A stretch of 64,000 nucleotides of DNA, from the NCBI GenBank assembly GCA_024405755.1, contig JAKSOD010000005.1, forward strand, positions 3,412 to 67,411, in the 5' to 3' direction. Position 1 is the stretch's first letter, and each line of letters begins with the position of its first letter. The notes under the pieces are model-generated. The model was not told where the DNA came from and did not search any database. It saw nothing but the letters and a program-made list of their open reading frames with translations. The position numbers and the translations under genes are program-made. This DNA is from Clostridia bacterium. Its GTDB lineage: Bacteria > Bacillota > Clostridia > Oscillospirales > CAG-272. Shown here piece after piece: positions 8,386 through 16,336 of this stretch.

Positions 8386-9891
8386 ATGACTCGCCGTAAC
8401 ACAGACACACATGACTATAAAAGAGGTCAGAGATATAACCGCGGAGAAAGACGCACGCTCAAAGGCAGACAAACCGTCCTTCTCGTTATGCTTGCGCTCC
8501 TCATTCTAATTCTGATCATATCCATTGTCATCATTGCCAAAGAAATATCCGCAGGCAGCACAGAAAACAACGGTATTCCCGCAAATACCTCCGCAGAGAT
8601 CTCCTACCTCCCCCACGAAGAGCATCTTCCCGACTACGCATACGACGGAAACAATTCATCTTATATGCTCTCAGCCGGACTTCAAAAGAAAGGTGCTTCA
8701 TTCGCTTTTTCACTTGAGGACGCCGTAAGCATTGAATCCGTGGGAGTTATTTCAAAACATCTGTCCTGTTATATCCGCAGTGCCGTCGTTCAGGTATCTG
8801 CCGACAGAGAAAACTGGATTGATCTCGGATCATTCAGAGGAAATGCCGAAAGTCCCGCAATAATGCAGGTGGGAGGTGCTTCCCCCGTGACCGGAAAATA
8901 TATCCGCATAGTTCTCACCGGAGAAGCTGACGCCCAGTGGGCGATAAACGAGATCTTCGTTTCCACATCCGACGGGACAAGTGCCGTAATAGTGAACGGT
9001 TCCGGCACCGAAGGTTCATCTCCGATTGACATTCCCGGCGGGAATGTCACCGCATCTTCCGACACCGATGATCCGAAACCGATCGAAGGGTACACAAATT
9101 CCGTAAAAGCAACGTCAGATATCCATGCAGGTGATCTGATACTCGTCAACAGCAAGTACAAATACGTTTTCCCGACATCAGATATTGATCTGTTCGATAT
9201 TCTCACTCACCGTCCGTATTACTACGACACGACGAAGACTGAATGTCCTTACCGTGTTTTGAACGGCACTATCAAAGTCAACAGTGCCACCCTTGCCAAA
9301 CTCAACGAACTCGGACTTGCGTATTATGAGGAAAGCGGAAGCAACTGCATCACCGTGACAACAGGCTACCGTTCTTACGAAGAACAGCAGGATCTTGCAT
9401 CAAGATTCCCCGAAAGTGCCGCAGCCGCAGGATTCAGCGATTATCACACCGCTCTCTCCGTGGGACTGAATGTCACCGTAAAGGGAGGAACAGATTCCCT
9501 TGACTCGGCAAACGGTCAGGCTGTACTGTTCTGGCTCAATGCAAACGCATATAAATACGGCTTTATCCGCCGTTATCCAGAAGATAAGGACGCCATAACC
9601 GGTTACTCCGTTGACAGATTCCATTACAGATATGTCGGATATCCTCATGCGTATTATATGGTAAAGAATAATCTTTGCCTTGAAGAATATCTTGATCTTA
9701 TCGCCACCTATGAGTATAGCGACAAACATCTCAACTTCACCGGAGATGACGGGAAGGTCTACGAAATATACTTTGTTCCCGCATCCACGGAGGTCAACAC
9801 CACCGTACCCGTTCCGACAACGGGAGAATACTCCATTTCCGGAGACAACCACAGCGGATTTATCGTAACGATTACCCGCAGCGGCAGCTGA
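8386..9891 (+). CDS. membrane-anchored protein with a discoidin (F5/8 type C)-like domain and a C-terminal VanY/M15B-like D,D-carboxypeptidase fold
   Basis: N-terminal TM segment VLLVMLALLILILIISIVIIA. The C-terminal region has GYRSYEEQQ, SDYHTALSVGL and DRFHYRYVGYPHA, which resemble the M15B motifs SGYRS..Q, SxHxxGxAxD and EPWHxRYVG. Confidence 0.75.
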   Translation: MTRRNTDTHDYKRGQRYNRGERRTLKGRQTVLLVMLALLILILIISIVIIAKEISAGSTENNGIPANTSAEISYLPHEEHLPDYAYDGNNSSYMLSAGLQKKGASFAFSLEDAVSIESVGVISKHLSCYIRSAVVQVSADRENWIDLGSFRGNAESPAIMQVGGASPVTGKYIRIVLTGEADAQWAINEIFVSTSDGTSAVIVNGSGTEGSSPIDIPGGNVTASSDTDDPKPIEGYTNSVKATSDIHAGDLILVNSKYKYVFPTSDIDLFDILTHRPYYYDTTKTECPYRVLNGTIKVNSATLAKLNELGLAYYEESGSNCITVTTGYRSYEEQQDLASRFPESAAAAGFSDYHTALSVGLNVTVKGGTDSLDSANGQAVLFWLNANAYKYGFIRRYPEDKDAITGYSVDRFHYRYVGYPHAYYMVKNNLCLEEYLDLIATYEYSDKHLNFTGDDGKVYEIYFVPASTEVNTTVPVPTTGEYSISGDNHSGFIVTITRSGS

Positions 9892-9999
9892 GCTTTTGTA
9901 AGCTGTCCTGAATTCAGACAAACCAAACAATACTTTTACCTTACTCGCAAACCCAGACTGCCGCAGAAATATCTGCGGCGGACGGAAAGGAGCATCGGA

Positions 10000-11502
10000 A
10001 TGAGATCATATCACCGCTCTGCGGTAAAAATAATCTGCGCCGTGCTTCTCTGCTCTGTCCTGCTGACGTGCCTTGCCTGTTTGAGCGGATGTGGGTTGAT
10101 TGTGATAAATAAAACGGTCGCGGATACTTCCGCGACCGTTTCAGATATCACATCTTCACCTTTGACTCCGACGGACACCTCCGGCGGACCGACAGAGACA
10201 ACCACACCTCCGACGGTGGTGGATTTTACTTCACGTCTGCCGGAAGCGGAGGCTGCCCTCGACGCATTATACAACATTGACTTGTCTGCCTTCGGCGCAA
10301 TGTTCGCCTGCTCTGCGGACACGGTCAATATCATGAATCCCGAGGAAGGATCACCGCTTTATGCCGCACGAAACCTCCGCAACAAAATGGTATGCGACAA
10401 ATACAAATGCACTTTCTTCTTCTTCTCATCCGAAACGGAAAAAATGAAAACCGATCTTGCGGCATCCGTAAAATCGGGAGACAGCGGCAGTTATTATGCC
10501 GATATTCTTGTTCTTCCCGAGAACGCCGTAGGCGGATTCCTCACAAAAGGTCTCCTGCGTGATCTGCGCAGCCTTCCTTTTTACGAAATACAAAAGACCG
10601 GAAACCGCGGTGCCGGAATGTACGTTAAAACGAATTATGTGGATATTTCTGCCGCAGCCGATGCACCGGAGGACATTTTTGCTCTGTATTTCAACCGCTC
10701 GCTTACCGGAGAAGAAGGATCCGAAGCCTTATACTCCGCCGCCTTGTCGGACAGACTGACATTTGATTTCCTTCTTTCATTTATTAAGGAGAGGGAGAGT
10801 CTCTCTTCAGAAGGGAAAAAAATGATTACGGTGGGAGATGAACCGTATGAATTTTTTGCGGACATAGCCGCAATTCGTTCCGGCGTGGATTTTTTGACGG
10901 ATTCTGACGGCAATATTCCCACAGTCGGCTGGAACAAAGAAAATGCCGGATCAGTTTCATCACTGCTGAATGAAATTTCCGCTTTCCTGTCACCCGACAT
11001 TTATGACACCGAAACCTTCGCAAACGGAGACGTACTCTTCCGTGCCGCCCCTCTGTCGGATATTCTGAACTTATATGATAAAAAGACGGATTGGGGTATT
11101 CTTCCCCTGCCTTACACTGCGGACGGTATGCCTGCGCGGTACAATGTCACCCGAACGGGAAGTCCCGTTTTCTGTGTAAGCGCAAACAACAGCCGCACGG
11201 AAATGACGGGACTCGTCCTTACCGCTCTCAATGCCGCGTCAAAAGATTGGATAAGGGATCAGTTCAGCATTATCTGTATAGAAAACTATATGCGTGACAA
11301 CGATTCCTGCCTTGCACTGCGCAAGATCCTTGAAGACGAAACCTACCGGGATTTTTCCTATATTTTTTCGCCCGTATGTGACGGTCTTGGCGATGCCGCT
11401 TTCGGTGCGGCGCGAACTTGCCTTACAAAAGGCACTCCCGTTTTTGATTCTGTAAACAAAGTGCTGAAAAAAGTAAATTCTTCTCTGAAAAAAGTATATT
11501 GA
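10000..11502 (+). CDS. lipoprotein of unknown function, with a possible solute-binding-like fold
   Basis: Lipobox LACLSGCG followed by a Thr/Pro-rich linker. RBS is AAAGGAG. Confidence 0.75.
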   Translation: MRSYHRSAVKIICAVLLCSVLLTCLACLSGCGLIVINKTVADTSATVSDITSSPLTPTDTSGGPTETTTPPTVVDFTSRLPEAEAALDALYNIDLSAFGAMFACSADTVNIMNPEEGSPLYAARNLRNKMVCDKYKCTFFFFSSETEKMKTDLAASVKSGDSGSYYADILVLPENAVGGFLTKGLLRDLRSLPFYEIQKTGNRGAGMYVKTNYVDISAAADAPEDIFALYFNRSLTGEEGSEALYSAALSDRLTFDFLLSFIKERESLSSEGKKMITVGDEPYEFFADIAAIRSGVDFLTDSDGNIPTVGWNKENAGSVSSLLNEISAFLSPDIYDTETFANGDVLFRAAPLSDILNLYDKKTDWGILPLPYTADGMPARYNVTRTGSPVFCVSANNSRTEMTGLVLTALNAASKDWIRDQFSIICIENYMRDNDSCLALRKILEDETYRDFSYIFSPVCDGLGDAAFGAARTCLTKGTPVFDSVNKVLKKVNSSLKKVY

Positions 11503-11555
11503 GTGTATTTTACCGGAAAATGTATCATTCCTGACGGGAATGAATAAAGTATATT

Positions 11556-11570
11556 AAGGGGACCTCTAAG
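11556..11570 (+). repeat. solo copy of the AAGGGGACCTCT(A/G)A motif, related to the ends of the 15437-15603 element
   Basis: AAGGGGACCTCTAAG. The first 12 nt are identical to 15437-15448. The CTCTAAG part matches the reverse complement of the right end of that element. Confidence 0.5.
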
Positions 11571-11579
11571 GGAATAATA

Positions 11580-12059
11580 ATGCAGACATTTGAACTCAAT
11601 TCGGCATCTGCCGGATATGCCGTGGATTATTTTGCCGATCATATCCCGGACATCGTGAATTTCACCCCAACAGCCGATGATATTCTGCCCTGCCGTGCCG
11701 AATACCGTGCTGCCCTCCTTGAAGCCGTACGGAAGAATATCCCCGTAACAGCCGCCGCTGAATACTCCGCAGGTTGGCTTGGATCGGAAGAAAAGCGTGA
11801 TGCGCTTTGTGAATTGCTTTCCTGCGTCGGCTTTCTGTTTACGGATACCGGACTTGCCGAATTTATCGGAATAACCGGGAAACCTGCTGATTCCGGAGAG
11901 GGACACGACGATAATACAGACTACGACGGTGACAACGAGGAATGCGGAGAAAAGATTCTTCGTGAACTCTGCACCCGATTCGGGTTTGATTCTGCTGTTC
12001 TGACCGACCTCGGTCTTGCCTTCGATGGCGAAAAAATCACACTTTTCCCCGCGATCTGA
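11580..12059 (+). CDS. hypothetical acidic cytoplasmic protein (159 aa)
   Basis: RBS AAGGGA lies 6 nt upstream. Codon usage is host-like. The longer ORF on the opposite strand overlaps the upstream gene and translates to low-quality sequence. Confidence 0.6.
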   Translation: MQTFELNSASAGYAVDYFADHIPDIVNFTPTADDILPCRAEYRAALLEAVRKNIPVTAAAEYSAGWLGSEEKRDALCELLSCVGFLFTDTGLAEFIGITGKPADSGEGHDDNTDYDGDNEECGEKILRELCTRFGFDSAVLTDLGLAFDGEKITLFPAI

Positions 12060-12088
12060 CTCGCAGATACAATTATTTGGAGGTAACA

Positions 12089-12598
12089 ATGGAACTTCGT
12101 GAAATTTCACCCTATGAACTTCAATATTCCAACGCTTTCCGCGCAGTAGGCAAGGAATGGATGCTGATCTGCGCCGAGGATGCCAACGGCATCAACGCTA
12201 TGACCGCAAGTTGGGGATTTCTCGGCCAACTGTGGAATCGTCCGGCTGCGATCTGCTTTATTCGTCCGCAGCGATTCACATACCACATGGCAGACGGCTC
12301 CGAACGCTTTTCCCTCTGCTTTTTCGGCGACGGATACCGCAAAGAACTCGGTTACTTCGGAACGGCAAGCGGACGCGACGGTGACAAATCTGCTGCTACG
12401 GGGATGCACTACGGTCACATTGAGAGTGTTCCGGTAGTTGAAGAATCTAATCTGATCCTCCTGTGCCGCAAGCTGTACGTTGATGACATAAAAGAAGGTA
12501 ACTTCAAGGACACGTCTCTTATCGACACCTGCTATCCCGAACGTGATTTCCACCGTGTTTTTGTGTGCGAAGTTGAAAAATGCTTCGTCAGACAATAA
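12089..12598 (+). CDS. flavin reductase-like (FMN-binding split-barrel) protein
   Basis: ATG 12089 has GGAGG 5 nt upstream. The motif NAMTASWG is typical of the Flavin_Reduct family. Confidence 0.8.
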   Translation: MELREISPYELQYSNAFRAVGKEWMLICAEDANGINAMTASWGFLGQLWNRPAAICFIRPQRFTYHMADGSERFSLCFFGDGYRKELGYFGTASGRDGDKSAATGMHYGHIESVPVVEESNLILLCRKLYVDDIKEGNFKDTSLIDTCYPERDFHRVFVCEVEKCFVRQ

Positions 12599-12606
12599 TT
12601 TGTAAT

Positions 12607-12622
12607 AAAAAATGCTGATGCG
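12607..12622. repeat. left arm of a perfect inverted repeat (AAAAAATGCTGATGCG)
   Basis: Exact reverse complement of 13292-13307. The match extends to 18 bp when the flanking AT is included. Confidence 0.9.
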
Positions 12623-12697
12623 ATTCCGGCGGGTGGATACGGAAGTTTTTTGATTCCGGATTATGTACGGTACAACCCGATGCTAGTTGAATATGCT

Positions 12698-12715
12698 GAC
12701 AAATCAGAATTTGTC
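12698..12715. promoter_or_regulatory. 7-4-7 palindrome upstream of eamA (possible operator)
   Basis: GACAAATcagaATTTGTC, about 50 nt upstream of the eamA ATG. Confidence 0.25.
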
Positions 12716-12766
12716 GAGCTATTTGTTTATTTAAAATTCAAGTTAAATCGATAAAGGGATGTTAAT

Positions 12767-13180
12767 ATGTGGTTGTTATTAGCTATTATGTCGGCTTTGT
12801 TTGCGGCGCTTACATCGATACTTGCAAAAGTAGGTATAGATGGAGTAAATTCAAATCTTGCCACAGCAATCAGAACAGTTGTAGTTGTCATTATGGCATG
12901 GGGAATGGTTTTTCTAACTCATGCGCAGGATGGCTTGAGCGAGATTAATAAAAAGAGTTGGATTTTTTTAATTCTTTCAGGACTTGCTACCGGTGGATCG
13001 TGGTTATGCTATTACAAAGCACTTCAGATGGGTGAGGCATCAAAAGTTGTTCCAATAGATAAATTGAGTGTAGTTATTACATTATTACTTGCATTTGTTT
13101 TCCTTCATGAGGAATTCACAGCCAAGTCATTCATTGGATGCATATTAATCGGTGCCGGGACATTAGCAATGGTTTTGTAA
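12767..13180 (+). CDS. EamA/DMT-superfamily small transporter (single EamA domain, 137 aa)
   Basis: A hydrophobic protein with 4-5 TM segments and EamA-like motifs (ALFAALTSILAK, SKVVPIDKLS). Its composition is clearly AT-richer than the neighbouring genes. Confidence 0.85.
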   Translation: MWLLLAIMSALFAALTSILAKVGIDGVNSNLATAIRTVVVVIMAWGMVFLTHAQDGLSEINKKSWIFLILSGLATGGSWLCYYKALQMGEASKVVPIDKLSVVITLLLAFVFLHEEFTAKSFIGCILIGAGTLAMVL

Positions 13181-13220
13181 TGGGAGTTCAACATATAAAT
13201 AAGCATCAGTTTGTTGAGAT

Positions 13221-13256
13221 AAAAAAACGCCGAAAATTCCAATTCGGCGTTTTTTT
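13221..13256. terminator. bidirectional intrinsic terminator
   Basis: A7-CGCCGAA / TTCGGCG-T7 with an 8-nt loop. Confidence 0.8.
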
Positions 13257-13291
13257 ATTTGACAAAACTTCGTTATAAACCCGTTGCAATA

Positions 13292-13307
13292 CGCATCAGC
13301 ATTTTTT
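13292..13307. repeat. right arm of the perfect inverted repeat (CGCATCAGCATTTTTT)
   Basis: Exact reverse complement of 12607-12622. Confidence 0.9.
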
Positions 13308-13317
13308 ATCGGGGAAA

Positions 13318-13650
13318 TTATTCCTCGTCAGCAGCCTCTTCGTCTGCGTCAAGTTCATCTTCGTCGCAGCAGCAATCGCAATCGCAGTAGCAGTCGTCAT
13401 CGTCGCAGCAGCAATCGCAATCGCAGTCATCATCATAAATGAACTTTTCCATTTCGCCGAGATCCTCGTCGAGTTCTTCGGCATAGTCGTTGAGATACTG
13501 GAGATCCTCGTCAATATCGTCAATGGCCTCAGTCAGTTCTCCGACGAGATCAATCAGAGCAGCAATAAGTTTGCCCTCAGCGGTGGTCTTATCAAAGTCA
13601 AGACCGTCAGCAAGACCTTTAAGGTATGCGGATTTTTCTTTAAGTTCCAT
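13318..13650 (-). CDS. small highly acidic protein with a Cys/Asp-rich C-terminal cluster
   Basis: RBS AAGGAG lies 8 nt upstream. The gene sits 31 nt downstream of efp on the same strand. The C-terminus reads DDDCDCDCCCDDDDCYCDCDCCCDEDE. Confidence 0.8.
   Translation of the reverse strand: MELKEKSAYLKGLADGLDFDKTTAEGKLIAALIDLVGELTEAIDDIDEDLQYLNDYAEELDEDLGEMEKFIYDDDCDCDCCCDDDDCYCDCDCCCDEDELDADEEAADEE
13361..13427. repeat. 28-bp perfect direct repeat with a 39-bp period inside the Cys/Asp-rich coding region
   Basis: TCGTCGCAGCAGCAATCGCAATCGCAGT occurs at 13361-13388 and again at 13400-13427. Confidence 0.95.
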
Positions 13651-13681
13651 AACAATTACTCCTTATGAGAAATAGTTCTGC

Positions 13682-14245
13682 TCACTTCTTGGAGCGGGAC
13701 AGATACTCGCCGGTTCTGGTGTCGATCTGAATGACTTCGCCCACATTGATAAAGAGCGGGACCTTGATCTCGGCACCGGTTTCGAGGGTGGCGGGTTTCA
13801 GGGTGTTGGTGGCGGTGTTGCCGGCGAAACCGGGATCGGTATCGACAACCTCAAGGTCAACGAATGTGGGAGGTTCAACGCTGAAAACTTTGCCCTTGTA
13901 GGACACGAGTTTGCAGTTCATCTCTTCCTTCACGAAACGGAAAGAATCGGGAAGAACCTCTTTGTTGAGGGGGAGAGTATCAAAGGTCTCCATATCCATA
14001 AAATAATAAAGATCGCCGTCATTGTAGGAATACTGCATATCCTTTCTCTCAATGAAAGCACTGTCGAACTTATCTGTGGGGCTGAAAGATCTCTCGATCA
14101 CGGCTCCGGTGATAACATTCTTCATTTTGGTGCGAACGAAAGCCGCTCCCTTACCGGGTTTTACGTGCTGAAACTCTATGACCTGGTATACGTTTCCTTC
14201 CAGTTCAAAGGTCACTCCGTTTTTAAAATCGCCGGCTACTACCAT
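13682..14245 (-). CDS. efp: elongation factor P
   Basis: [16 protein letters not shown], with the conserved KPGKG loop. RBS is GGAGG. Confidence 0.97.
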   Translation of the reverse strand: MVVAGDFKNGVTFELEGNVYQVIEFQHVKPGKGAAFVRTKMKNVITGAVIERSFSPTDKFDSAFIERKDMQYSYNDGDLYYFMDMETFDTLPLNKEVLPDSFRFVKEEMNCKLVSYKGKVFSVEPPTFVDLEVVDTDPGFAGNTATNTLKPATLETGAEIKVPLFINVGEVIQIDTRTGEYLSRSKK

Positions 14246-14444
14246 AATACATTTACCTCCGTGGTTTTATTCTTGACAGTATGGTCTGTCCCGCCTTACG
14301 GCGGCAATTAACAGTCGTAATATATTTTATACCATTTCTACTTGTTTTGCAAGGGGTTTGAATGATTTTGCTGACTAAAATTAAGAATTTTTTGTAAATT
14401 TTTCGTTCCCGCCCCCCCGGGCATATCCATACTGCATAATTTTC

Positions 14445-14473
14445 TTGACAAATATAATAAACGAGAGTATAAT
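14445..14473 (+). promoter_or_regulatory. consensus sigma-A promoter of the yicC-remA operon
   Basis: TTGACA (14445-14450), 17-nt spacer, TATAAT (14468-14473). Confidence 0.7.
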
Positions 14474-14546
14474 AACTATGTATATCATAATAGATAAGTG
14501 TGCCCCGACAACTTTTTTATTCGTCCGGGACGCCGGAAAGGTCGCT

Positions 14547-15434
14547 ATGTTCAGAAGTATGACCGCCTACGGGCGACACACCTCCGCCGAAGGCGGACGA
14601 GAGATCACGGTGGAACTGCGCTCTGTAAACAGCAAGTACCTTGATATTTCAGTCAAAATCCCGCGTGTGCTTGCTCCCCTTGAAGCACGCATCAAATCCG
14701 CTCTTTCCGCTCACGGAATCAGCCGCGGCAGAGTTGACGTTTTCATCAGTTATGAAAATACAGATTCCGGAAATGTGGCTTTCGGTATTGACGAAGGTTA
14801 CGCATCCGCATACATTGAAACTCTGCGCGTTTTTCGGGACAAGTTCGGACTCTCCGACGATATCTCAGTCATGACCGTGGCACAGGACAGAAATATATTC
14901 ACAACTCACACAGTTGAGGAAGACCCCGAAGATGTTTGGCTTGCAATAAAACCCGCACTCGATGCAGCCGCGGAAGAATTCGTTGCGGAACGCTGCCGTG
15001 AAGGAACAAATCTTATGGGCGATCTGAAATCCAAAATTGCGGGTATGCGCGAACTCGTTGATAAGATCGACGCGCTGTCCGCAGGAGACACTCAGGGAAT
15101 AAAAGAAAAAATCCGCGCACGCATCGAAACGATCCTTGCCGACAACAGAGTCACGGTCGATGAAAACAGACTTCTGACTGAGTGTGCGATCTGGGCAGAC
15201 AGGATCGCCATTGACGAAGAACTTGTCCGTCTGCGCTCTCATCTTTTCGCTCTCGAAGCCATGATGGAGATCGACGAGCCGGTGGGACGCAAATTTGATT
15301 TTCAGCTTCAGGAGGCAGGGCGTGAGATCAACACGATCGGATCAAAATGTCAGAATGCGGAAATCGCCGGCCTCGTCGTTCAACTGAAAAACGAAGCCGA
15401 AAAAATCCGTGAACAGATACAGAATATTGAGTAA
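14547..15434 (+). CDS. yicC: YicC/YloC family endoribonuclease
   Basis: ORF 14445..15434 trimmed to ATG 14547 (MFRSMTAYGR...). The C-terminal EINTIGSK motif is present. Synteny with remA. Confidence 0.9.
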   Translation: MFRSMTAYGRHTSAEGGREITVELRSVNSKYLDISVKIPRVLAPLEARIKSALSAHGISRGRVDVFISYENTDSGNVAFGIDEGYASAYIETLRVFRDKFGLSDDISVMTVAQDRNIFTTHTVEEDPEDVWLAIKPALDAAAEEFVAERCREGTNLMGDLKSKIAGMRELVDKIDALSAGDTQGIKEKIRARIETILADNRVTVDENRLLTECAIWADRIAIDEELVRLRSHLFALEAMMEIDEPVGRKFDFQLQEAGREINTIGSKCQNAEIAGLVVQLKNEAEKIREQIQNIE

Positions 15435-15436
15435 TC

Positions 15437-15603
15437 AAGGGGACCTCTGAAAATTCAGTGCGAGATGGGGCGCGAGGGATTTTTTCGTCAGACGAAACAA
15501 AAATCCGCACGTGTTGTTGCCCCACCACGAAGGATTTTTGTGAAGTATGACGGAATAAAGCACCGCGATCCCGTCCGCGATGAATTCTTAGAGGTTCCCT
15601 CAA
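15437..15603. repeat. 167-bp intergenic element bounded by about 20-bp imperfect terminal inverted repeats (MITE-like element or structured RNA)
   Basis: AAGGGGACCTCTGAAAATTC (15437-15456) matches the reverse complement of 15584-15603 (GAGGGAACCTCTAAGAATTC) at 16 of 20 positions. Internal hairpins are present. Confidence 0.55.
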
Positions 15604-15632
15604 GTCAATAATCCCTAAAGAAAGGTTAAATT

Positions 15633-15917
15633 ATGAAATTCATCAGTATCGGATACGGGAACATGGTTGCAGCGGAACGTATAGTTTCACTTGCAAGTCC
15701 TGATTCCGCCCCCATAAAAAGACTAATTCAAGATGCAAAGGAGCAGGGACGGGTGATCGACGTTTCCTGCGGACGTCGTACACGTGCGGTCATAATCACC
15801 GACTCCGATCATGTCATTCTCTCTGCTCTGCAAACCGAGACGATCGCAAACCGTCTTTCCTCCGACGAAAATGAGGGCGACTCAGACGTCGAAGACGGAG
15901 TTGAAGACGAGAACTGA
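15633..15917 (+). CDS. remA: RemA/DUF370 family regulator
   Basis: [39 protein letters not shown]...GRRTRAVI. Confidence 0.93.
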   Translation: MKFISIGYGNMVAAERIVSLASPDSAPIKRLIQDAKEQGRVIDVSCGRRTRAVIITDSDHVILSALQTETIANRLSSDENEGDSDVEDGVEDEN

Positions 15918-15974
15918 AAACGAAAAATCAAAACAGAAAAAATAACTCAAAGATACATCGAAAAGGAGACTATC

Positions 15975-16277
15975 ATGATCTACCCCACCATTCACAAACT
16001 CACCAACAAGGGTCAATTCAACCGTTATCAGCTTGCAGTCGCCACTGCCAAGTGTGCACGAATCATTACTGACGAATACGTCCGTCAGCGCCATGAAGCA
16101 GAAAAGAATCTGACCGGAAACAAGGACGTTGACAGACCTATGATGGAGAACGCCGTCAATCCCGAATACCGTGACAAAAAGGCGGTAAAGCTCGCCATTG
16201 ACAAAATCGACAAGGGAGAGTACGTGATCGTAAATAATCTTCCCACGGAAGAGACTGACGAAGAAAAAGCAGACTGA
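15975..16277 (+). CDS. rpoZ: DNA-directed RNA polymerase subunit omega
   Basis: NRYQLAVATAKCARII motif plus synteny. RBS is AAGGAG. Confidence 0.88.
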   Translation: MIYPTIHKLTNKGQFNRYQLAVATAKCARIITDEYVRQRHEAEKNLTGNKDVDRPMMENAVNPEYRDKKAVKLAIDKIDKGEYVIVNNLPTEETDEEKAD

Positions 16278-16336
16278 ATTTCTGTCTGATTAACGGAACA
16301 ACTATAAAAGATAATCAAAGTAAGGAGGGCGTCGGA

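Noticed and set aside
6100-8472. A 790-aa ORF antisense to pnp that is longer than pnp itself.
   Set aside because: This is a shadow ORF. Its frame is codon-aligned antisense to pnp, so stops would require the sense codons TTA, CTA or TCA, which this genome strongly avoids. The translation is low-complexity G/V/D/F-rich sequence with no RBS, and the pnp identity is unambiguous.
11358-12110. A 250-aa minus-strand ORF covering the 11580-12059 region.
   Set aside because: It overlaps the 3' end of the lipoprotein gene and the 5' end of the flavin reductase gene. It has no RBS and an implausible composition. The plus-strand ORF has an RBS and fits exactly between its neighbours.
12635-12675. Two ACGG motifs upstream of the small transporter gene, reminiscent of guanidine-II (mini-ykkC) ACGR loops.
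   Set aside because: Neither ACGG is closed by the required G-C stems (the flanks are gat/aag and tgt/tac). No tandem-hairpin architecture can be drawn.
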